This document shows, in pieces, positions 54,468 through 64,000 of a stretch of 64,000 nucleotides of DNA. The stretch covers positions 1 through 64,000 of the forward strand of contig NOWV01000183.1 of NCBI GenBank assembly GCA_003344405.1, read 5' to 3'. A program made the position numbers and the translations under genes. The DNA comes from Trichoplax sp. H2 (Eukaryota). The notes below the pieces were generated by a model. It did no database searches, was not told the DNA's origin, and was given only the letters and a program-made list of their open reading frames with translations. Every line of letters starts with the position of its first letter. Position 1 is the stretch's first letter.

Positions 54468-55646
54468 CTAACCATAAGTTTTTGCTGCACTATTGTCAGC
54501 ATCAGAATAGTAAGCTTCATCGCTTCGTTTTAACTCCATCGGGCGAGCTGTTATTTGATTTTGCATGACATAAGACCTCTTGGATTTCCTGTAATGTCCT
54601 GATTCACTTGCAGTTCGGCGATTGAATGAAAATGATTCTTCAGGAATCTGTGTTTTTTGACCAGAATGGCTGCATGTACGTGGCTTGATGGATGATGGTT
54701 CGCCTTCACTTGGCGTTATCATATTGGATTTTTTGCATGGGCAGATAATGCGACGATACTGTTGCCGAAATTGTGGTATTTGAAATCCATAAATAACTGG
54801 ATTAATACTGCTGTTGATAAATACAAGGACAGTTGTAATAAAGTAGAAACCCGTCGGGATATAAACGTTTTCTTGGCCAAATGGAATAACAATAAATACA
54901 ATTACACTCCATGGTGCATAACATAATACGAAGGCTAATATGACGATTCCCATGGTTCTAGTGACTAGCGCACTTTGTCTCTTGGATCTTGATGATTTTA
55001 ATGCTGGACGTTTCTTTTTTAAATAAATATATATACGAATGTAGCAAAATATGATGATACTAAACGGTAGTAAGAAATCAATAACAACTTCCAGGATACC
55101 GTTGATTAATCCACTAATTCCGACACTCCATGTTGGAATGCATGCCATTTCTACGGGATTAAATTCATTGGCACTCCAGCCCAGTATAGGCCATAACGCG
55201 ACAAAAGTACTCCATAACCAAACAAAAATAGAGACGTAAATTGCATGGCGCCGTTTAGGCCGAGTTGTAGTTGAACGGCATATAATGCGATAACGGAAGT
55301 AACTGATAAACATCAATGTATAAATAGAGCCAATGAAGCAGATGCCGCTAATAGTAGAATGGATATTACACCATACGACACCATAATAATAACGATCAGC
55401 AACAATATTAATCAAATATAAGGGCAAGCGTCCTAAAGCTGTTAAGAAATCTAGTAAGGCTAAATTGAGTAATAAAATATTTGTTGCTGTTCGCATGCGA
55501 CGTTCATTTAATATCGCAATACTAGCAAGCAAATTACCTAAAACTGCTGTGATAATAATAAATACTATAATTCCTATCTTAGTCGCGATCCACTCGCTAG
55601 GTGTTCCACATGTCGAATTTATGCAGGGTGTGCTATTGGTAGACAT
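54468..55646 (-). CDS. Rhodopsin-family (class A) GPCR, single coding exon, 392 aa
   Basis: Seven hydrophobic helices with GN (TM1), NLALLD (TM2), WC and FRY (TM3), W/PILGWS (TM4), FLLP..CY (TM5), CYAPW (TM6), NSSINPVIY (TM7), helix 8 FRQQY and CPC; N-terminal NST sequons. Confidence 0.95.
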   Translation of the reverse strand: MSTNSTPCINSTCGTPSEWIATKIGIIVFIIITAVLGNLLASIAILNERRMRTATNILLLNLALLDFLTALGRLPLYLINIVADRYYYGVVWCNIHSTISGICFIGSIYTLMFISYFRYRIICRSTTTRPKRRHAIYVSIFVWLWSTFVALWPILGWSANEFNPVEMACIPTWSVGISGLINGILEVVIDFLLPFSIIIFCYIRIYIYLKKKRPALKSSRSKRQSALVTRTMGIVILAFVLCYAPWSVIVFIVIPFGQENVYIPTGFYFITTVLVFINSSINPVIYGFQIPQFRQQYRRIICPCKKSNMITPSEGEPSSIKPRTCSHSGQKTQIPEESFSFNRRTASESGHYRKSKRSYVMQNQITARPMELKRSDEAYYSDADNSAAKTYG

Positions 55647-55702
55647 GATTTCCTTGTTAGCGATTGAATAATCCTATCACCGTTTAACGAGGGTATATCT
55701 TG

Positions 55703-55900
55703 AATCTTAAATTTCTGCAAAGTTTAAATAAAAACTGAAAAATTCGAATAAGTGGAAGTTACAATTTAGATCAAGAGTGATAGTTTAGAAACGTTTAAGA
55801 AATCCAGCAAGGCTAAATCTTAAATTTCTTTTGAGTTTAAATACAAATTGGAAAGATTTAAATGAGTGAAAGTTACAATTTAGATCAAGATTGATATTTT
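55703..55900. repeat. Degenerate ~85-bp direct duplication just upstream of the GPCR start
   Basis: aatcttaaatttct...agtttaaata...agttacaatttagatcaaga.tgata occurs at ~55703-55786 and ~55816-55899. Confidence 0.8.
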
Positions 55901-57099
55901 AACTCTGAGCAAAATAACATGAATACGACCCGGTCAATGTTAATCTGATGTCATCGCCTCCTATTAAGATTTTATAATGATTAATAGACTTTTAGATTTG
56001 CAAAGAGGGAGCCAATCGTGATTTTGATGCAACAAGGCCTACTTCCAAGGAATAATAGTGTTCTTTTTGATAAAGAAGTAAACTGAAAACTTGAATTGAA
56101 AATTTTTACTAATCTTTTGCGCGACGAGTCTCTGGATCTTTAATAATTTACTTTAGAAGAAAACTTAAGACAATTGATATCATGAATTCCTGATTATATA
56201 AAAATTAGGAAGGAATATAGTGACTACTAATCCAGCACAGTAAACAGTATATTATTTTGATATAGGTTTTATTTCCAGGAATTAACAAGTCCAAAATAGA
56301 AAGGTTCATTAGTAAATTATCTGCCGGAAACTGCTACCAATGTTGCACATAAATGACTTGGCCACAATCCAAATTTCGATGCGCTTACTTCTTAAGGGTG
56401 CTTGATAAACGTCTGTTCTCTAATCTTCCTTCGTTCTGCAATGAATTGCAAAATATTTTTAATGATAGTCAAATCATACAAAAAATTTTGGCATCAAATA
56501 CAAGTATTATAGTCTAGTATCCGTTTTATAGTAAATTAATAAGGTGATTGTAGGCAAAGTATTAACATATTACAGAGGTATAAATGCGAACAAATTAATA
56601 ACGATTAAAAGGGTGCTAGAAATTGGGTCAAACTCATAATTTATTCTAATTTCTTTGCGAGAGTAATATTTCTCATATTTCTAGCCTCTACTACATGCTA
56701 AGCGGTTCAATTAGAAGTTTTGCATCTGAAGAACAGCATTTATGAATTTCTTTTACGCATTGTTAATATTGTTTACTCTGACAGACATCTAAAATGGATC
56801 AAGCAGATGTAACTTTATTTTTATTTACTGAAGGTTTGAGCGTTGCAGTAAACTACGGTGTCTTAAATCGGTCCTGCATAAAAAATAAGGACGTGACTCA
56901 ACATGAGGAAGAGATATTACATGTTCTTATGCAAATTCTAGCTTGCCACGAAGGATAACGGCAGATTACATATGACTTCTTATTGTAACAAATGGTATAA
57001 ACCCGGAAGCGATTTAAAATTGAACATCTTGTAGCATAAAGGTGTATAGAATCATGAACGCAAAATTATGGCCTTGGACTAATAAAGGGGCATAAAATG

Positions 57100-60000
57100 G
57101 CAAGATATCTACGTCTTTTAAAGTAAATATGACGATAACTTGCCTTCGATATTTGCTGATCTGGTAATATGAGTTGCCTCTAAGACTTAGATCGGATTGA
57201 AATTATACATCGATTTTCTCAATTTCGTCCTGTTAATAACTAAAATACATACCACTATAAGCTAGCGCTATCTCTGCTATAAAATGAAAACTAATAAATA
57301 CCGTAATTTTAATAAACAATCGCGATAGACATCAATTGCCTAATAGTTACGAAAATTCCGCTTAAAACGATTGTAATTTACTACATAAATGTTTTGCAAG
57401 GATAGTATTTAACAAATTAGCTTCTATAAAACTGATACTATAAGGTTATAAAGATTTCATGAGAATGATGTTAATTAGTCGAGTTTATACTGTTAGAGTT
57501 GTTATTAAAAGAATTATATTAAGATTGGATGTACCAATATTTTTTTTATGAGATAAAATTAGTAAATTGAATTGAAATTTTCCGAAATTTTATAGTTTTA
57601 ACCAATCATAATTGGGGTCGATATGTAGAGCAAAGGGTTTTGAGAACGAGCAAAAACAAACATGAGTTATTGTTGACTTTGGAAATGTCTACAACAACCA
57701 ATTCAGGATGACTTAATGATTTTCTTAATTGTTTGAGCGATATTTTATATTTTCAAATAAGTTACATTCTGCCAAAGTTTGAATTGAACCGATCTGAGTT
57801 TTTCGGCTCGAGAATACGATAATAAATCAGTTCTGAATCAAATAGTTTGCTTAACGCTGATAGATCTCATATTTAAAAACTACTAAATCTATTGCATTTG
57901 TTCAAAGGAATGATATACATGAAACAAAGTCCAAAATTTCTATAAATTATAGATGAAAATGTCTTAAAATAAAGTTATGCAAATTTAGAAAAAAATCATC
58001 AGATTTCGATATTAAAATTTAATTGATATATATCAATAAGTAATGATATTCGTTAAAATTCTTCATAGAAATTTCACCTGAAAGCGATTTTTCTCGCTGA
58101 CTTAACTCAGTCTTGTTAATCTTATCACCAAAGGAAACTGATTGCTAGAAAAATGTTACAGAATTCAATTTCGATACAGAAGATGAGGGATAAAGTTATT
58201 GATAATTTGTAGTACAATCAAATCAATTTTGTCTTTCATCTTTAAACTAAATCGCCTTAAAAACGCTAATAAAGGTTATTAATTGTGCGTAAGAATTTAT
58301 TTTCAATCTAGATTAACATTAATACTAGTATTGAATAACATTCATTTGTAAAATCCGCCTATAGCTAACATGTGCTATTATTCCAGGCGCCAAGATTACT
58401 GCTATTGTAACTGTTACGCTCCGTAAAATAATTTTACTTGATCTAAGACATATTCTAAGCTATCTATAATTTCTATCCTGTTGCAATTATACCTTGTTGT
58501 TATCAAAGTGGGAAATATTATCCGTTTCAAATACTGAACTTTATTCGAATTCTATGCAGATGATACAACTGTAGACATATAAGCTATTAATACGCTAAAT
58601 AAGCATTACCTGGCTTTTTCGGCTCCGCTAATGCCATAGAATAAAAGTAAGCAATTTAAGCTACGTATATCCAGCATAGGCAAATAGTGAGATTTTGTCC
58701 AATTTAAATGTGGAATGGATAAATTTTGTCAATAGCTCTGGAATTTTAAACGATGGTAGATGGTGCTTATATTTAGCTATAACCTGAATAACATATTAAA
58801 TCCATTTAGATTATTTATTAATGCATACAACCTTTACCAATTTATAGTTAATCAAAGACCTACTGCTTTCTGATCATTTAACTACCAGGGCAAGAAATCA
58901 CTGGATAACGAAGGCATTTACAACTTTGAACTTTTTACAATTGCTTGCCTAGGAACAACACAGAGGCTTCGAATTACAACCAATTTTTGAGAACTTCTTA
59001 AACATAGAAACGATATCATAAATTAGAAAATATACTACATTTCAATGGATCTTGCCAAATTATGATAGCAAGAATAGTGAAGAACGAACAATTGCTGCCA
59101 GTTTAATCTCTAGTTATGTCATTATTTAATAGAAGCTAAACAGAGAGCAGATAGATTTTAACAAAATACCGAAGCATCATCTGCATACAATGTAAATCAA
59201 AGTTCTTTTAAGTAGATTTAGTTTTGATTCAGGAAGATTTGTGTTAACCAATTACAACTACTACAGTTGAACTATACCAATATAACTGATGCAATAAATT
59301 AACCATCGGGTGACAAGATAGAAATCAGATTGAATATGGATCGCTTTCAAATTAAAATTTCTCCATCAGAAATACGACTAAAAAGCTATATATTCCCTCT
59401 TTTTTGAGATATTTGAAGAAAGTTTTGTTTGTTTCACATGATTAATACCTTGCAAAACAACTGTATATTATCAAGATAGAGAAATGATTCTCTCTGTATT
59501 ATCAGTAAAGTATGGAAGTTATTGACGTATAAACATGAATAATATTGTGATATATTGTATTATCTCTATCTTGTAACAAATTGATCATCAAATTATTATT
59601 TTACGCTTGGTTGGATTTCCTGTTCTATAGGAAAATAATCTCGTTAGGAATTAATCAATGATGTTGCGATCACGGCAATCAACTATGAAATGAACTCAAA
59701 ACAACTGAAGGTCGATAAAGGAAACCAAGGATTTGAAGTAGTAACATTAAAAATTAATGTTCGTTTATTATGGAGATATGTAATACAGCAAACTGCCTTA
59801 ATAAAGCCTTAGAATTTACATTCTAGAAACTAGCTCAAATAATTACAATCCGTGGTTGACTAGCAGAATAATAGAATAAAGTTTATTCGCACTTGAGTAA
59901 GTACGATATTTTTTAGTCTATCATAAGATCGATTTTAGATGATGAATTTGATCCATTCTATTCCGTTCATCTGTGGGCATGCTATGATGAAACGAATAAA

Positions 60001-61600
60001 ATCAATAGAACAAAAAGAGTAGCAGTAAACGCTGTCTTAAGAAAATTTCAATGACGGTCTAATGAGAAATTGTACTTAAAAGAGATCCATCTTTACAATA
60101 TTAATCCATTAATGACGGTATAGAATGGATTTGATTAATACAAAAAATTTTTTAATCGCCACGCTTTGATATCATACCTTGAATATAGATAAGGAAAAGC
60201 GATCAAAAGTTGTCTTCAAGAATGGATTTTAGTAATCGTTCTATGTTACAATTTAGAATACAAGTGGGAAGAAATTGGCGTCAATTTAAATTTATACCAA
60301 TCTAGCCTACAACAGAATAGAGCCAATCTAGGAAAGACAATCGTTTCAATGATGAATTGGGTGGAATTGATGTTTTAAACAAGTCAATAAAATTGAAAAC
60401 CCAATAAGATCTTTCCAATACAACTCTTTCTGATCAAATAACTGAAACATTATCATTTCCTTCCCATTTTATAGATGACGGTACCAAATGTAGTTTGCAA
60501 TTGACCTAATTATCCACTTAACAAATAAGAACAATATAACACCAGACTATTCAAATTTATGCAGCATCTCTTTATTGCCGTCAATGAGAATGACAATACT
60601 TGTTTTGTCGCAATTACTGATGACTGATTAAGTCAACATCGTCCAAGCAATTACTGCTTAGCTGATCAATCAAAATAAAAGGTTAGTGATTGATTTGATA
60701 CTTCATCAATTGACAGTCTCGAAGAGTAGATCACACAGTATTGTTGGTTCTCATGGTGATCATCGTCATAATTATACAATCTATCATGTTAATTCTTATT
60801 ACGACATTAAAATAAATTGAAAATGAATTTATTATAGGCTTTATATCATAATCAACCAATCAAGAAATAGATAATTCAATGTAGGTGATAGAATCATAAT
60901 AGTTAGTCATCATATCTACTGACGCTAAGAATAAAAAAGTAACAATATTTTAGCCGCTTAATTGAAAGACTATCACACATTTGATTATTCTTGTTGAGTA
61001 AATACTAGAGATTGACCAATTACTAAGCGAACTTGTAGGCTTTACCAAGTGGTTGTGGATAGATCTACTGTTAGATAAAAAAATAAATAGATTACGGATC
61101 GATAAAGTACCGTATATAGGATTCGATTGGACTGCTATTATTCTACTCTGCACAACAAATCTTTGTGATCATTCTCCAATCATTAGTACTTGATTACATA
61201 AACCTCAATTCGATATCATAGGACATACAAATGGCTTATGCTATGATTTTTTTTAGATTGAAAAGTGGTTTCATGCACATTATTACATCAGCATCATCAA
61301 GACTACCTTGTATTCTGTAGTAATTTCCGTTATCTACCTTTGATAAGATCATTTTTAAATGCTTACTGTATGTCCTTGGAATTAAGCAATTTATTATCGC
61401 TCACGGAGACCAAAAATATTCGCTTTTGCGGAATAATCTCTTATAGTTGTTCAAAATTTTATAGATTGGATATGTAAATCAAGAGCTCATACTTTAAATG
61501 ATGCGAGGTTGTCATTCTACTCTTATGTTATTGCTTGTACTAGAATACCGCTAAAGAAATTCTGATATTACTCATTTACTCACAATATGATAGAGTTAAA
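57100..61600 (+). pseudogene. Decayed intronless LRR-containing GPCR (RXFP/GRL101-like LGR) pseudogene; 5' limit approximate
   Basis: Ordered fragments: KAFTTLNFLQLLA* (~58911), NQLQLLQLNYTNITD (~59246), LKEIHLYNINP (~60076), NLAYNRIEPI*ERQSFQ (~60299), NPIRSFQYNSF (~60398), DYSNLC (~60545), TM1-like VLLVLMVIIVIIIQSIMLILI (~60738), LVIISTDA (~60903), SEL..VVDR (~61026-61063), ECL2 GHTNGLCY (61221-61244), TM6 SLIVVQNFIDWI (~61437). Confidence 0.65.
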
Positions 61601-62699
61601 ATGATTACATCCAAATCTTGTAAATCGATTGCGTATATGCTGTCTAATTACAGCTACTTTTGAGGACAATAAATATTTCCAGAAAGAATTACCGGTATCG
61701 TCTTTATATAGAATATTGAATGGGATATTTATCCCAATTACGAGAAATAGCACAGTTCAAATTCATTCAAATAATTACAGAGCAAAGAAATAAAGATGTT
61801 ATTCATCTATCAATTTTTTTTAAATGACCTACCTTTTATTATAATATTATACTTTATAATTAAGAATGTTGATCAAACTATCAGTAGTTAATAGCCGTAT
61901 TATGATTGCTACCGGTACTAAAAATAAATACAGTAGTCTACTGTAAGTCATACAATATGGCCGATCTTGTTTTGATTTAGGGATTTGAGTCAACTAGTAT
62001 AAAGCTTAAGGTAAATATAGTTTTATTTTGAGTTTAGCAAAAGCCCAAGATAATGATTTGGTACCCTGTCATTGCGATGTCATATTTTACACGTAATTGA
62101 TTTCATGATCTTCTATAGAGCAGTAGCAAATTTAACATTTATTGTACATTCTATTGATTATAAGTTCTTATTTAGAACCAATTCTTCTGACTTTTGAAAT
62201 TTCATTAAGGTAGGAACTTCTGAAGATAATGTAGTGCAATGAAACTGTATCTTAATGCTATATTCAATCTAATTCTCGTTTCAAACATTTCTATAAATGA
62301 TTCATTCTTGCACTGTATATTCAATAGCATGATTGTCGTTGCTCCGCTTGCTTAAAATTGATATTTTAATGTACTGTATTGACCAATGTATCGATGCCCA
62401 CCAAGAATTATATTTTTAGATATTATATGCTACTTAATTGTATTACATCCTTCAAAACAGATATTATTTTAATTATACGCGTATGATTAGTAATATCTGC
62501 TAATAATTCAATAATAAACAAATCTTTACATAATATATCTCTGTTAATATAAAGTCGACTTATCTAGTACCAACTATTTCTTAAACGATTACAGTGTATA
62601 TTAACAGCCCCTCCCATTAAGTGATAGGCCACACATGATTTGATTAATTTTGGATAGCGCAATGCAATGAGAAAACTATAATGATTGAAGGAGAACTAG

Positions 62700-63470
62700 A
62701 AGCATGCTTTACATATTTTAAAATAGATAAATACCGTAGAATAACTTCTCAAATCTAGAAATGTCTAATATTAGGTTAATATAATCATGCTGTATTGATA
62801 TAGACCGATAGAAACTATAATATTCCTGCAATTTAATTGAAAGAGATATTAAGTCTGCTATCTTAAAAGGGATTATCAAAAATGATAAAATTCTGCTAAT
62901 CTCCTCCAACTTTGGTAGAAGATTAAATGTAAGCATTCCCAAAAACCTTCGCAGTCAATCTGATAGCATTTATAGGATAAGTCAACCACGGTTGAGACTC
63001 TGCCAAGTGTGGTCTTTCATTAGATTACTAAGATCACCTTTATGTAGTTTAGAAACTAGAATGCTTAATTCTTCTAACAAGCAGTGCATAAATTAACAAA
63101 TTAATGTACACCATTATATTAGTGTGATTTATCTTGTACTGCAGGTAAGCATTATACATTCAATGGTAATACAAAAGAATAAGAAAATAAGAAATTCCAA
63201 TTTCATCCTTTGATGAAATTTAATGTCTCATTGGATGCTAGGATTGATAGAGCATGAGATGGTCATTTCTTCATTAAGGTTCGTCAATATTATGAACTAG
63301 ATAGCTCTAAAATGCAGGCTACTGTTTGTTAAAGGCAATATTTCATATGCTAAAAATTTATTCTCGTTGTTTCCCAGTGATTACGTTGTAGCCGCAATAT
63401 GATTAACATGAGATAACTTACTATAGAATTTATTGATGGTAATTTTATCAATAATGTTGTATTTCGTATA
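62700..63470 (-). pseudogene. Possible decayed LRR-coding fragment
   Basis: Minus strand gives YNIIDKITINKFYSKL (~63460), VVDLSY/NAIRLTAKVFGN across a 1-nt frameshift (~62990-62935) and FNLLPKLEEI (~62925). Confidence 0.35.
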
Positions 63471-64000
63471 TTTTTTGTGCAGTAAAATTCAAGGCCAGGG
63501 CAAAATCAATAAATAATTATCGCTTTTTATTACAATTTATTGAGAATCCAAAGGCTAATGGAGGATAGTAACTAACATTACAGAAAAAGGCCTCTTTATA
63601 TATAGCCGATAAAAACATCTTCGATCACCCTTATAACTGGCTAAAACTTCCTAATTAGCGCAGAAATGACACCTACTGATACTAATCTATCATATATTAC
63701 CATCTACTTTTCCATATGGGGCATAGATGATAGCTAAATACATTTTTATCTCTTATTTCAGTCGATAACGTGATTATGACTATCAAGACAGATACATCTT
63801 TACTAATATAGGATCTCTTCAACTAACATCAACAGCTATTTTAGTTGATCTTGCTAACTTCACATATAAGCAATTGCATAATCCTTTCCACTCGTATAAG
63901 TAATGATAGATACTTGATATTTCTATAGCTGTATCATAAATTGTTAGATTTTACAATGAAAGTTAGGCTTCAGAGTTTAGTCCATTAAATTGTAGTTATT

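Noticed and set aside
54719..55671. Small ORFs overlapping the GPCR
   Set aside because: Antisense or alternate-frame shadows.
58604..58637. Minus-strand mini-exon MALAEPKKP with CAG|GTAATG as a coding first exon of the GPCR
   Set aside because: Joining it to the 55714 acceptor hits TAA after two codons, so it cannot extend the protein.

Overview
AT-rich eukaryotic (early-branching metazoan, probably placozoan/Trichoplax-like; inferred from composition, small GT-AG introns and GPCR content) genomic window. Intact genes reconstructed by hand from splice sites: a 2-exon ALG10 glucosyltransferase (1389-3690, +), two tandem 8-exon abLIM/UNC-115-like LIM genes (6422-12389 and 16486-22153, +) that share a half-deleted LIM2 and have no recognisable villin headpiece, a 3-exon orphan gene encoding a disordered protein with a PP1 RVxF motif (29727-33011, +), and an intronless class A GPCR (54468-55646, -) with FRY in place of DRY. 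Much of the apparently empty DNA holds decayed relics: at least two intronless LRR-GPCR (LGR/RXFP-like) pseudogenes, further LRR fragments and a LINE ORF1 remnant. Other elements: a 4x184-bp tandem array with a dispersed inverted copy, a TA-flanked MITE, and two assembly gaps where both haplotypes appear side by side, one carrying a TGT-starting (LTR-like) insertion and the other the empty site. All gene models and family calls come from reading the sequence and recalled motifs; no searches were run.
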